This document shows positions 12,701-24,492 of a stretch of DNA of 60,000 nucleotides, piece by piece. Origin of the DNA: Lytechinus pictus (taxonomy: Eukaryota); assembly GCF_037042905.1 (NCBI RefSeq), contig NC_087251.1:39806001-39866000 (forward strand), given 5' to 3'. Numbering within the stretch: the stretch's first letter is position 1; each line of letters begins with the position of its first letter. The notes under the pieces were generated by a model, which did no database searches, was not told the origin of the DNA, and was given only the letters and a program-made list of their open reading frames with translations. The position numbers and the translations under genes are program-made.

Positions 12701-15486
12701 ATTTGAAAAGTTGAGAGTAAGTAAAACTTATAGTCATTTATTCATGAAAAACATTTAACACCCAATTTCACTTGAGATTTTCTTTTTTTTTTCCAGGTGT
12801 CATCTTTTAATTTAAAGGTTTCCACAAAGACAAATTGCGAAAGCCAATTTTTTCCTTATGTATTTCTTTGTTTTTTAAATTTCATATGTATTTCTTTGTT
12901 TTTTTCCTCTTTTTTTATTGTTTTTTTCAATGAAAATTATTACAGGCCATTTAACAACTAAATTAAACCCTAAATTAATTAATCAGACCAATTAGAACAA
13001 AATGAATTTCGTCTCCCATAGACTTTGTACACAAGGTATAAAAATGATCCATTTTGGCATGACATTGTCTTGTAAAAAGTCATGTGGCATTGCGATGCTA
13101 TACCCGTATTTCGCGAATTAGGTCTCAAAAGTTGTGCAAGACGTCAAAGAAAAAATTCATAAAATTTTGCGGCGCTGTCTTTTTGCGTTTTATAAATATT
13201 GCTTGAAGCGTTGACGGCCCCATGATGGCCCCCACCCACCCCCCCCCCCCCCCCCGGTCCTTTTAGGGTTAATAGAAAGCAAAATTGATTTTATATGTAA
13301 TGCATATCATATAGTAAATAGGTAAAAGGTATTATTTCTTGTTCTTTCAAGTCCAGTATTGCAAGCTGTGTGTTGGTAACATTAGATTTTCATATTGATA
13401 CATTTCTTTCGATTTTAATTGTGCTTGTGATAATATTATATTGATGAAATGTAGTGGGACCCTAGATGTCAATATTTTTCTTTGGATATATGTATCATCA
13501 GTATGATAGTTATAACAATTTTGACGATAAAAATAGATATTTTATAAGCACCTTGAACAAAGAAGTACCATAACCATGTGCAATGTAGTTATTGATTAAA
13601 TCTCCAAATATTTGACTGTTTATTTATGATGGTATAATTTTCTTTTCTGCTCTCTTGTATTAGAAACTTGAAGCCCGTGTTGCCTCTGATGAAGATCTAA
13701 AGCAGTCAGACCTCCTACGATATTATATGAGGGATTCATCAGCAGCAAAGGTAAATTCTGTTCACCATCATTCATTTTGGTTTCCTTGATTACGGATTAT
13801 ATGCCGTTATTTTGCTTTTGTCAACTAGTAATAATTTATTTGCTGAAGCTAAGTTTAATGTGTTTGAATAATACATTTTTATTGCTGTTCATACCTTATA
13901 TATCCATTAACTCATTACCATTATGCAAAATTTTGTTTTTGTCTCGCCTGCATAGCAGAGCGAGACTATCAGTGCCGCTTTTCTACGGCGGCAGCTTCAA
14001 CATCAAATCTTAAACGAAGGTTAAGTTTTTTAAATGACATTATAACTTAGAAAGTATATGGACCTAGTTAATGAAACTTAAACATAAGGGTAATCAATTA
14101 TCACTGAACATCCTGCCCGAGTTTCAGGCCACATGACCAAGGTCATCAGAGGTCACTTAAGGTCAATGAACTGTGGCCATGTTGGGGGTATTTGTGGACT
14201 TGTCATAACTTAAAAGGTTATGGATCTAGTTCGTGAAACTTGGACATAAGAGCAACCATGTATCCCTGAATATCCTGTGCATGTTTCAGGTCACATGACA
14301 AATGTAATTTATGGTCAATGAGCTTTGGCCGTGTTAGAGGTATTTGTTGAGTTGGCATCATAACTTAGAAAGTTTATGGATCTAGTTCATGAAACAGACA
14401 TAAGGGTAATCAAGTATGAATGATTGTTTTGCACATATCTTAGGTCACATGATCATGGTCAAAGGCAATTTTGGGTCAATGGACATAGTATTATCATATG
14501 TTTTCTTTTTTGAATAATTATTCAATAGAGCTCTGTTTTCAAAGTCAGCACTGCTGCTATATCAAATTGTGTAATGCAGGCGAGACTGCCAGAGGCATTC
14601 CTCTTGTTCATACTAGTATGTTTTATCCTTTAGAACTAGTTTTTATTTCATGCAAGAAAATAACAAATAGCATACCCAATCTTCTCATCTCCACCAGGAT
14701 CTTCTGTACAGGCGCATGAGAGCGCTTGTCAACTACCAAAATGCCAACAAGGCACTCGAGAAGGCCCGTATGAAGAACAAGGATGTTCATGCAGCCGAAA
14801 GGAACCAGACGGAAGCATGTGAAAAGTTTGAGAAGATGTCCGAAGTGGCCAAGACGGAGCTGACAGACTTCAAAGCAAGGAGGGTGATAGCCTACAGGAA
14901 GAACCTTACAGAACTAGCAGAATTAGAACTCAAACATGCCAAGGTAAGGAGAGATCAATGCTGTATTCCGAAATTTTGTTTAACTGAAGTCATGAATTGT
15001 CAGTACTTAGTCAGAACTGTTGAAGGTCATTTACTTCTCAAGAGATCAACAGATAAAAAAATGCAGAGAAACAAACTAACAATATACATAATATGAATTA
15101 TAGAAAGGGGGTGTGTCAGCGTATGGTCTGTTTGTTGCTTATGTTGCGGGTCAAACTACTTCCTCGGTTTTTTACCAGTGCTCATGAAATTTGGCATAAT
15201 CATTGGTCTTGGCGTTAATATTTGCAAGACACATTTGTTATATGTTGGAAATTGTGTTGCCGTGGTAACAGCACATTTTAACTAAAATGGGGGTATTTAT
15301 CAGTGATGTTCCTGCTAGTTATTCTTACATTTTCCTTGAACATTCTCTACATAGTGATTATGGGGTTATATACTGATTATCCACATTTTATCGTAAGATA
15401 TTTCTTCTCTTTCTTTTGTCTGTTTCCAGGCACAAGTACAACTGCTGCGAAACACCTTAGCATCATTGAAAGAAGACATGCCTTGA
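3677..15486 (+). CDS. SNX6: Sorting nexin 6 (SNX5/6/32 family, PX-BAR), 5'-partial gene model with 10 visible coding exons
   Basis: join(3677-3787,4210-4331,8623-8746,9613-9708,10667-10772,11565-11640,12677-12716,13664-13750,14698-14943,15430-15486) = 1065 nt in frame; all introns GT-AG with matching phases. Family motifs [77 protein letters not shown]-terminal exons not found, presumably upstream of the window. Confidence 0.95.
4210..4331 (+). CDS. SNX6: SNX6 coding exon (PX helical insertion)
   Basis: [41 protein letters not shown]; ag/gtaagt boundaries. Confidence 0.95.
4440..4894. mobile_element. MITE with ~25-bp TIRs
   Basis: gatgctacaaggggaagattggaca / tgtccgatcttccccttgtagtatc. Confidence 0.7.
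5025..6959. mobile_element. TTAA-flanked MITE (Kolobok-like AG...CT ends) interrupted by a HINE
   Basis: TTAA|AGGTCAAGTCCACCCC...GGGTGGACTTATCCT|TTAA; uninterrupted relative at 11708-12309. Confidence 0.8.
5605..6938 (+). mobile_element. HINE-like element with an internal array of ~7.5 units of 154/161 bp
   Basis: Subterminal IR TGTCTCGCCTGC (5605) / GCAGGCGAGACA (6907-6918); 5' hairpin; (CGT)n; 3' stem-loop AACGC-TTG-GCGTT; inserted in a T-run; GGTCC landmark recurs at 5732, 5893, 6047, 6208, 6369, 6523, 6677, 6830. Confidence 0.85.
7220..8322 (+). repeat. Second HINE-like family with degenerate internal tandem units
   Basis: (GTCY)-type microsatellite ctgtcgtctgtcatccgtcc, then repeated units with tatgctaatttatgc / ggtagagcttcatgagg, and a terminal hairpin cacatcattgatgtg. 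Confidence 0.6.
8623..8746 (+). CDS. SNX6: SNX6 coding exon
   Basis: [41 protein letters not shown]; cag/gtgagt. Confidence 0.95.
8911..9474. mobile_element. TTAA-associated MITE (Kolobok-like), second family, with a ~190-bp internal insertion
   Basis: Reverse-orientation homolog of 51469-51850. Confidence 0.7.
9613..9708 (+). CDS. SNX6: SNX6 coding exon
   Basis: [32 protein letters not shown]; cag/gtaaac. Confidence 0.93.
10226..10520 (+). mobile_element. tRNA-derived SINE
   Basis: A box TGGCCCAGTGG, B box GGTTCGAATCC, conserved core ...CACTCAACCCA...GGGTACC, (TTA)n tail; four copies in the window. Confidence 0.9.
10667..10772 (+). CDS. SNX6: SNX6 coding exon (BAR domain)
   Basis: [35 protein letters not shown]; cag/gtaagt. 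Confidence 0.93.
10875..11270 (+). repeat. Local direct duplication (~150 bp x2)
   Basis: agctggggg(g)caatttag...gttgtgaaaagtag(c)n(a)n at ~10875 and ~11116. Confidence 0.85.
11565..11640 (+). CDS. SNX6: SNX6 coding exon
   Basis: (D)[24 protein letters not shown](K); cag/gtgagt; phases fit neighbours. Confidence 0.9.
11708..12309. mobile_element. TTAA-flanked MITE (Kolobok-like), intact
   Basis: TTAA|AGGACAAGTCCACCCCA...TGGGGTGGACTTGACCT|TTAA. Confidence 0.85.
12677..12716 (+). CDS. SNX6: SNX6 40-nt coding exon
   Basis: [13 protein letters not shown]; cag/gtaagt; needed to restore phase. Confidence 0.88.
13664..13750 (+). CDS. SNX6: SNX6 coding exon
   Basis: [29 protein letters not shown]; tag/gtaaat. 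Confidence 0.93.
13940..14608 (+). mobile_element. HINE-like element, full length
   Basis: TGTCTCGCCTGCATAGCAGAGCGAGAC ... GCAGGCGAGACTGCCAGAGGCATTCCTCTTGTT; internal tandem units. Confidence 0.85.
14698..14943 (+). CDS. SNX6: SNX6 coding exon
   Basis: [24 protein letters not shown]...[11 protein letters not shown]; cag/gtaagg. Confidence 0.95.
15430..15486 (+). CDS. SNX6: SNX6 terminal coding exon
   Basis: [21 protein letters not shown] after a ttccag acceptor. Confidence 0.9.
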   Translation, partial: AQVQLLRNTLASLKEDMP

Positions 15487-17869
15487 GGTTAACCCGCTGG
15501 TAATAAAAATCAAATATGCCCTATTGATATATATATATATATACTCTATTCTTTTGAAGATATATTATTTTATAAAATGTAATCGATCACCAACTGGCAT
15601 ATTGATTTGCAAGAGTACCATGTCAGTGACACAATGAACACCTCGGAATGCCTTTTAGCTTGTAAGCTCTCTTTGTATATAGAATGACAATGAAATTATT
15701 GAAGGATAAGAATCGTATTGGAGCTGTTGCAAATTGACTCACCCTCACTGACATTTTGTTATAAACTACTGAAATCCTTGAATATGATTGGCTCAGAGCA
15801 AACTCGTCAGTTCAAAGCACCATCTATTTCTTTCATGTAATGCTCCTCTTGCATCATTCACTATTTATGAATTATAGAAAGCAAAATCATGTTACTATGG
15901 CCACAAGAAAGCTTAATATATTAGTCTTACATATTAAGAATATATGATAGTAATGAAGTTAGTGTTTAAGGTGAACACTGACCAGCCATATTTAGTGTTT
16001 ATTTTGATATTGGATTTAAAAAATACACAATACTTGTGTTGATGGCATTCAGAACTTTTTCCAGATATCACCTTTATTCCCTAACTGAAGCTACCTGCCC
16101 AAATGTGTCAATACTGTATTCCCTCTTCTAAAATATATCAGTTTTCAAGACCGCCCATTACGTAGATATAACAAGAATCAGCTGTATAAAAGTTCATACT
16201 TTTGTAAGAGAATGCATATTCACTTGGATGTGAATTTGAGGGATTGTAGGAGTGATTTGGGGTTTCACGTTGACTAGGTTTATTAATACCAAAGATAGTT
16301 GCTGTGAAGTATCTTCTAAGTTGCAGCCCCTTGTCCCCCCTGTCTGTCAAATGCGGCAAAGCAACGGAAAGTTGTTTGATTTTTCGTTAAAGGCAGGGCA
16401 GTTCAACCAAGATTTGATTCAATATGGATGTGATATTTGAGAGTTATACCTTGCTATCTTGTTTCCAAGCAATTGTGTTTCTTTGCTATATTTTGTATAA
16501 CTTCATCAATGTCAAAAGATTTTATCTTTGGTCGTTCAGGTGAAAGAGAGAGCTTATGATTTAATCATTTATTTGTGTTGACAATAGTTGTTTGCATATT
16601 AATGATTTGAATTTAATTCAGTTTTTGTTTGACAAAACGTTCAAAATTTATGAAAGACCGCCATATTTGTAGAAGTGTAGATCATACAATGACGTAATTT
16701 GTTTTGATATTTACCACATATATTGACATTATTCAACTTATTATTTTATATGAAATATCTTTCCATCACTTGTCATGTGAGGTTTTAAAGTACTTCAATC
16801 AAACAGACCATCAAACATTTACAGAAATGGGAACAATTCATTCTTTTTTTATAATTTCTGTAAATGTATAAGCAAGGATAAGTTTATAATTCAATATTTT
16901 AAGCTGTATTTATATTGAAGATGGTGTGCATCGTGTATTTGGTGTCAAAATCCTTGAAAGAATTTAATTTGTTCTTTTAATGGAAAGTTGCTTTTCAAAC
17001 TATATTTCATCTTTTTTTTGTCTTGTAGCATATTTTCAGCGTAATTGTCTATTTTGATATTTTTGATACCCGACAATAATACAAATGATTATTGAGGAGT
17101 CGAAAGTGTACCATTTTGTTTGTTAAATTATTGTGTTCAGGATGTGTTGAAATGATAGTTATTTGATTTTTTTGTACTGTATGATTGAAAATTACTTAAT
17201 AGTATTATTTGATTGTCATTTGAGTATGTGAAATGTTTGTCTGCACGTTAAAACCCTGTGGTTCATTCTTATTACTTCCCCTATAATTACATTCCATAAT
17301 GGTAAGAGAAAGGGATTTTGATGTGTGAACATAAGTTTGAAGTAAAAGTAGTCTTATGAAACCCAAACCCAGCTACCATCTTTAAACTTCATTAACTTGT
17401 TTTTGTGTTAGATATTACCCAAAGCATTGGGTATGAATTTTTTTTAGACTTATCTTGAAATATATCTGTTGTACTTTTGTCTCTGTTGTAGTTATGTCTG
17501 TTTTAAAAATTTACCTGGAACCAATATTTACAGTTTGGTTTATGTCTTTCAGCACAATGCACCAAACACATTTAGTAGGTAGGGTTAAATCACTAAAAGC
17601 TTATTTTATGCTTAGCAGTTTTCATAATAATTTACAACTCCATAATATAGCTATTTTCATAGGAGAGAAATATGAAAAATAATAGAATAGAAATCACTTC
17701 TCTTTGAGTCAAGGTTACTAGAAACAGCAGCTTAAGCAAATGTTTTCATTTTTTGAGCATGTGATGGTAAATTTCTCAATATCTGGTAACGTTACTTCTT
17801 GCAAGCTCATATTCTATCACTCAAAAACTGAGCTCTTGTTCAAATTGAAAATATCACGAAGCTCTACAG

Positions 17870-18700
17870 CAGTGCTTCTCAACCAAGCCACGGGCCGACT
17901 GGTTGGCCGCAAAGCTCTCTCAGGTGGGCAGCGAGAAGCTCTAGAGGGAAAAAAAATAGAGGAAAAACTAAGGTATATTTCACATGTACTATTTCATGAC
18001 CAAAAATATTGTTTGATCGGTCTACGTGGGTCAAACAAAGCTAAAGCACGCTTAGGTATCATGCATGTTGCAATATACATGCACATTGTATGATGATTTC
18101 AATTGAACTTTGTTTGATGTGAACCTCAGGCCACATGTGCATGCAAATTGTAGTTGATATTGTCGCCCGGACCTTTGCGCTAGCAGTAGTTCTCAAACTG
18201 TTTCTAATGTGCTTCGGAGCTTCATGTTCAAATTTCATGAAACACACTTTCATAAAAATGGGCCATGTTTTAAAGCGAAAGGGTAAGGGAGGAATCAAAT
18301 CTATTGTTGAAAAGTCTAAGAAGGTAAATGTAAGAAAATATTACCCTGAATACATTATATTTGAATTCATCACGACTGGCTGTGATGCAAAACCAAAAGC
18401 AATGTGTGTCGAATGTGCTGAAGTTATATTGTCAAAATGTTAAACCGTCAACGCTTTAGAGACACCTAAACACAAAACATCAGAATAGTGCAGGAAAGCC
18501 AAAAGAGTATTTCAAGAGGAAAAGGCTGGATTGAATTCACAGCGGAAGATCTTAAAGTTACGCACTAATATGATCATTATCATTGTTTATCTTTGAGTCG
18601 AGACAAGTAGTCATATCGCTTCCTCAAAATTTTGGTTGGTGGGCCTCGAAAAAATCTGAGTCAAAGTGGTCCTCGAGTAAAAAAAGGTTGAGAAGCACTG
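17870..18700 (+). mobile_element. hAT (Buster/Charlie/SPIN-like) deletion derivative with a BED-finger transposase remnant
   Basis: Perfect 15-bp TIR CAGTGCTTCTCAACC; perfect 8-bp TSD CTCTACAG (17862-17869, 18701-18708); broken frames RKYYPEYIIFEF...CVECAEVI, KPSTL*RHLNTKH, KPKEYFKRK. Confidence 0.92.
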
Positions 18701-19829
18701 CTCTACAGTGTATCTTATCTTGGAAAATTTATTTTTTTAAATATGTATCTTTTAGAGGTTATTGCAGATTTGTCAAAATTCTAGATAGTTAAAAAAGGGA
18801 ATCACTTTATGATTCATATGGGAGAGATATATGAAAATTTTACATTTTTTTACTTAATGTTTTGGGCAAAATAAGGACAGTAAAATTTCAGTATTGTCGT
18901 CAATAGCAGTTTGAAAATGACATTGTTGATTTGTTAGAACTCTAACATATATCTACACTGTATACAAAACAGGCATTTAATAATTGTAAGTATATTTAAA
19001 ATTCATGTAGAAAATGTTAAGAGTTCATATGTAGTCGTCGTATGTGCCATTTCATCTATACTGTCAATCTTACATACAAAAAAAGTGAAGGGGGGAGGGG
19101 TAGAATGAGGGCAAGATCAGATCACAAATATTGTTAGTGATTTTGAGATGTTGGTTTTTCCTATTACCAGCAGTTTGCACTACAACATCCAATGTTTGCA
19201 TATAGTGCATATGATCTTGGGTGGTATCTTGAAATTATTTCATCTGGGTCTCGTAACACAAAGGTTAGCGATCGATTGTACACTTTACTTTGATGATTGA
19301 TTGTATGTTGTGGTCAGTGCAATCAATCGTGAAGATATTCTTCTACGATGATTGCTATTGCTTTGTGTTACATACCCCCTGGTTAGTCAGGAGAAAATTA
19401 TAGATTGCAATTTCAATTTGATACTTAATTAGCTGTAAGAATGAACTGTATTTAGCACATGCTCTCATTTAGTCTAACTTGTAGTGATATTGATTGGGTG
19501 TAACAGGTAATATCTGATAGTTTAGAAACAAAGACACAACTAATTTCAGAATACCACCCCATCTTCCATAACTATTGTACAATGATACTCATTGTTGGTA
19601 CTGTGCTTTTGTGACTCTGTGCACATTGAAATTAAATCTCAAACTATTTTGATTGTTCAATGTTTGTCCTTATTGTATATGCAGCAATGTTGCAAGGTCA
19701 GTGTTAATGTGTCATGCTGATCAAGATTACGTAAAATAAAAGATATGAAAACACTATGTACATCATAAACATGCTTCTTTTGATGGTTAATTTCATTCTG
19801 TCAAATATTGTAAGTTTATGAATTTTAGC

Positions 19830-19985
19830 AATATACAAATAGCGAATAGGCATGAGTGCGATGGTGTGAGATTTCGCATGAGGTGAAAGAAAGATGCTCT
19901 ATGAATAGAGCGTCTCTTTCTTTCACCTCATGCGAAATCTCGCACCATTGCACGAAGAAGAATATTCGCAATGTGTGTTGTACAA
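19830..19985. repeat. Near-perfect hairpin, probably part of a palindromic DNA-transposon relic
   Basis: gtgcgatggtgtgagatttcgcatgaggtgaaagaaaga...tctttctttcacctcatgcgaaatctcgcaccattgcac. Confidence 0.75.
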
Positions 19986-20546
19986 TGCCTCGGAATCTAG
20001 CGAAAATGTGAAAAAACAAGTTTTTCCCTGCAGTTATCTATGAAAAGGGAGCAAAAATATTGAAAGCGAAAAGCAAAATCCCACAAGCGCACATAACCGA
20101 CCTTGGGCAGTATTGCGCATTTAGCCAGCAGGCTGTACGCGTATTGAGCGCAATGAATTAAATCGAATTGACGTCGCCTAAAGCCGTGCAACGGTACATT
20201 TTGGATGGTACGTCTTTGGGTGCAACGGTACCAATTTTTGACATTGAGCCTCCCATTTGCTCGCGTACAACAAGCTTAGTAGGCGTTGAATGCATGCTAT
20301 CATACATATCCGATAGGTGAGCTGATGTCATGTTCCCTTTCTCCTTTTTATATCACATCATAATCAATTCATATTTTTATACATGTGTGTGTAAATCATG
20401 TCTCTTATCTTATTAAATAAGTTGAACAATAAATGGTCATCCTATTACATTTTTGGAGGAAAATGTGAATAATATAATACCATTCAATTAAAAACTACAA
20501 AAGAATGAGTTGGGAGATGACATCATTAGCTTGCTCATTGCATACG

Positions 20547-21002
20547 TGACTTACCACCCCAAAACCACCAATAAGTTGCCAGGTAAGGTTCTCTGTAAAT
20601 AGCCAAAATAGTAAATTGATCTTCAAAAACCAAAAATTATAAAAATAGCTTATCTGAAAGAGCACTTCTTCATACCGTGAAAATTTTAAGTCATGAAGTT
20701 GAATAAAAGAAAAAATTCAAGAGTTTCTTGGACACTACTCTTTCGGAGTGCTTGGAAGTTTCACTGAGAATATGCAGTATGCACATCTCATGCTTGAGTG
20801 AACCCCTGACTTCAAACCTTGTTTTCTCCTTATTTTTTAAGCTCTTGCTTTAATTTCCTCTGTATTCAAACAAGTAATGGTTATTGTTGGTCAATTTGAA
20901 CATATATATCATTTGAAAGCTTAGGAAGTGAATTCTCAAGCTCAATAAAAACTCAATATTCATTTTGGTTGACTTATTGTTGGTTTTGGGGTGGCAGTTC
21001 AC
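20547..21002. mobile_element. MITE with ~30-bp TIRs
   Basis: gtgacttaccaccccaaaaccaccaataagt / acttattgttggttttggggtggcagttcac. Confidence 0.7.
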
Positions 21003-21505
21003 ATATGAAGACATGCTATAGAACTGTTCTTCCAAAATAATGCAAAGTTGTCAGTATTCCTTGTCCGATTTTGATGTTTGTATTTTGTATGTCTGATTTC
21101 AAATCATAATTTTCAAACTATTATAATTCTATAATATGCCAGACAAATTGCAGCTCTTTGGGGTTTACATGTATATATTATTTGGAGACAGTATGTTCAA
21201 AGTTAATCTTGTAAGAATTATATTTTTTTGCCGTTACATAAAGGTACATTTGAATTAGGTTAGGCCCGTTTTGGGTACATGTTTACACGCCTGGTCAAGT
21301 CAGTGCACGTGTACTGAATTCCATGACCGTGTACACGGTAGCATCTGTATAAAACTTGTGTGGGGGTTGTTAACAAGTGAACAATTATTGAAATCAACAC
21401 AATTCTATTACCATGCTCACAGCCTCACATTGGCAGAAAAAAGCTACTGAAAACTGATTATCTAATAAAAGAGAGCCAATGGAGTAAATTAGAGAGTCAA
21501 AAGGG

Positions 21506-21544
21506 GCCTAAGCTTTCGATCCTAGCAGAATCTTCGTCGGAGGC
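21506..21544 (-). ncRNA. Degenerate minimal hammerhead ribozyme motif (Penelope-like element terminus)
   Basis: Minus strand GCCT-CCGACGA-A-GATTCT-GCT-AGGATC-GAAA-GCTT-AGGC; stems I and II, GAAA and palindromic stem III present; core CUGANGA has a U>C change. Confidence 0.6.
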
Positions 21545-21580
21545 AAAATGACAAACATATAAAGTGGAACAAACCTCACA

Positions 21581-22168
21581 TTCCGACGGCGGCGGCTTCA
21601 ACACCAAATCTTAATTGAAGGTTAAGTTTTTGAAATGACACCATAACTTAGAAAGTATATGGACCTAGTCCATGAAACTTGGATATAAGGTTAATCAAGT
21701 ATTACCTGCATGAGTTTCAGGTCATATGACCAAGGTCAAAGGTCATTTAGGGTCAACAAACTTTGGCCAAGTTGGGGGTATACCATAACTCTAAGTGTAT
21801 TGGTCTCGTTCATAAAACTTGGTCATAAGAGTAATCTAGTATCACTGAACATCTCATGCGAGTTTCAGGTCACATGACCAAAGGTCATTTAAGGTCAATG
21901 AACTTTTGCCATTTTGGAGGTAATTATTAGATTGCTGTCATAACTTCCAAAGTTTGCAGATATAGTTTATAAAAGGTGGATATAGGGGTAATCAAGTATC
22001 ACTGACAAGTCTTGGGTCAAATGACATTTATTGTCAATGAACATAATATTGTATCATTATATGAATGGTGTTTTTTGAATAATTATTTTATAATAGTTTT
22101 CAAAGTCAGCACTGCTGCTATATTGAATCGTGTGATGCAGGTGAGACTGCCAGAGCACTCCACTTGTT
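21581..22168 (+). mobile_element. HINE-like element, 5' truncated
   Basis: (GGC)n, tandem units with AAGGTCAAAGGTCA, 3' GCAGGTGAGACTGCCAGAGCACTCCACTTGTT. Confidence 0.8.
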
Positions 22169-23010
22169 AATGACGGACATCACAAATTCCGTAACGAGTG
22201 ATGGGTGCACTTGTCTAAAAAAGTATATCATGTCGGGATTGATTTTCAAACTTGGTCATTGCAGAAACTCTTCACACGATCGTAATATCACCATAGAATA
22301 CAATTTTACATGACAAAGCAGAGAAAATTACTTAACTTTTTGATATTTATTCCCATCAATTAGAATTCATGAATATAAAATTATGTCTGATCAATCGCGC
22401 ATGCACAATGTACTTCTTTATCTCGGAGACGTCTGGAGATATCTTTGTTGACATTACCAACATTTTTAGTATGGCCATAGAATGTTAATGATTTAACAAT
22501 AATCATTCAAATAAATTTAGAGCTCAATTTGAGACATTTGTATTTATTTCGATCGAGTCAGTGCTCTGCAATTGTCCTGTGTCTAAAAATGGATTATCAA
22601 AAATATTGTTATCAGGATTAATTCAGGATTAATTACTGTACTTAAAACTGGATATCACTTTTTAAACATAGTTTTCCATAGATGACATACAATTATTCAT
22701 TACAATTGAATTTAACTTTTCTTCATAGTTTGCAGTAAATTTCCAGTTATGCCTTCTTGTACAACTGAGCTGGGTGTTCTATGGTCTTGCTACAGCTTGA
22801 TTACCTTTCGTTCTAGCCTTTAATTTCCACCATTGCCCATAAGGAGCAATGGGATTCATCTGCCCTGTATTCTCCCTACGACAATAGTGTGAGTACACTG
22901 CAAAAATACAAATTAAGATGGTAAATTGCAAATTGGTCTATACCAGCTTCGTCGACATTCTGTTTTGTATCATCCTACATCGTCTAATCATTCGTCTCCA
23001 ACCAGTTTGT

Positions 23011-23305
23011 CTACTACTAATAATAGTAAGTTCTTGTATAGCGCACAACACATTATTAATAACGTCTCTATGCGCTTCCAAAGGACTTGGATATTATTAC
23101 CCAGGCTGTAGCTCAAGCAGCTTTTACGCGCTCGGCATTTCAAGGAATAAATTCCTGCCAGGTACCCATTCACCTCACCTGGGTTGAGTGCAGCACAATG
23201 TGGATTAATTTCTTGCTGAACGAAACTATGCCATGGCTGGGATTTGAATCCACGACCCTCTGTTTCAAAGTCCGGAGACTAATCCACTGGGCCACAACGC
23301 TCCAC
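23011..23305 (-). mobile_element. tRNA-derived SINE
   Basis: Reverse complement of the 10226 head and core, with simple-repeat tail. Confidence 0.9.
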
Positions 23306-23721
23306 TAACCATTTGGTCTATTGGTAATAGCTATGTAGCCAATTCATCATCTGTGATGGTTCTACAACCCTTCATTTAGATGTACCGTTATGAACCAAAT
23401 TTTCATTTGACGTAGTAAAAATTCACAAGCACCAAGGAAATGGAAATTCGACAGACTGGGCATAGACTAAATGACAATAGGACGGGGGTATTAGACCAAG
23501 TGTTGTGTAGATCGAGTTCGTAGCACACCAAATGGGTTGAGCCCCTGTGATATTAGACCATATGAGAAGTAGAACAAGTGAAAATATACTATAAATAATG
23601 TCATTTTGATAAAACTCCTGTACTCAAACTGTAAAATAACCAGAAAAACAGTTGAAAAAAAAATTGCAAAGAATGCTTGGCAATCCAGGTTGCTAGTCAC
23701 ATTTCACAAATTATGCTCACT

Positions 23722-24027
23722 GGCCCTTATTTTGAACTCAGGCTTAAATTAAACCCTGGTTTAAAGTTGTGGTTTAACTATGGAAAGCCAGTTGTTACAT
23801 AAATCTCTAACGGTAGAGGTTCAATGAATCAGCTCATTTGACTCCCAAAACATTATTAACTGCCTGGGAAGGATAAGTATGACAATTGTCTTCACCATTA
23901 AATAAGTAGTAAAGAGCACAGTAAACATGAGAAGCATTCACTGTAAACAACATTTGAAACGTTTCCCATGATTCTAGCACAGAGTTAGACCATGGTCTAA
24001 GTTAAACCCGACTTCAGAATACGGGCC
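23722..24027. mobile_element. PIF/Harbinger-like MITE
   Basis: GGCCC(G)TATT...AATACGGGCC termini; homologous to 25966-26277 and 52757-53068. Confidence 0.8.
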
Positions 24028-24492
24028 ATTAGAATTTATATTTGAATACTCAGTAGAGTACATGCATTAGACAGGATTGGACAGTGCATGTACATGCCGA
24101 AATTTGGAAAAAAATAGAATTTGTACCTAACATTAATTCAGTATTAATTAGTAGAGTCATGATTAGTGCAAGAGGTACAGGCAGGGTATCATAACAAACT
24201 AAAAGCTGAACAGTCACTTTTTCAAAAAGTTAAAATATTATATTTGATAATCTCTGAAAATGAGCCCTCGAATATTGGATTTCACTTTTTTATATGCACT
24301 GGTAAAATCAAGATTCTTCAAAAATATGATACGGATTCATGAAACTGTGATCCTCTGATTTTCAATGGGTACATAAAAAAGTTTAATGCTTGCTGTTCAT
24401 CTGTCAGAATAGATAAGTGAACATCTGTAATCATGGACTGGGAAATGTCTGAAATCCAAAAGTAGGGTCCTCCAGAGTCAAAGATTACGTCC

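Noticed and set aside
13683..13705. CTGATGAAGATC hammerhead-like core
   Set aside because: It is SNX6 coding sequence (SDEDLK) and lacks the downstream stem and GAAA.
16138..16359. Minus-strand ORF ending in a Kelch-like YIYVMGG
   Set aside because: One short motif with no other Kelch features or exon chain; lies in the presumed SNX6 3'UTR; likely chance.
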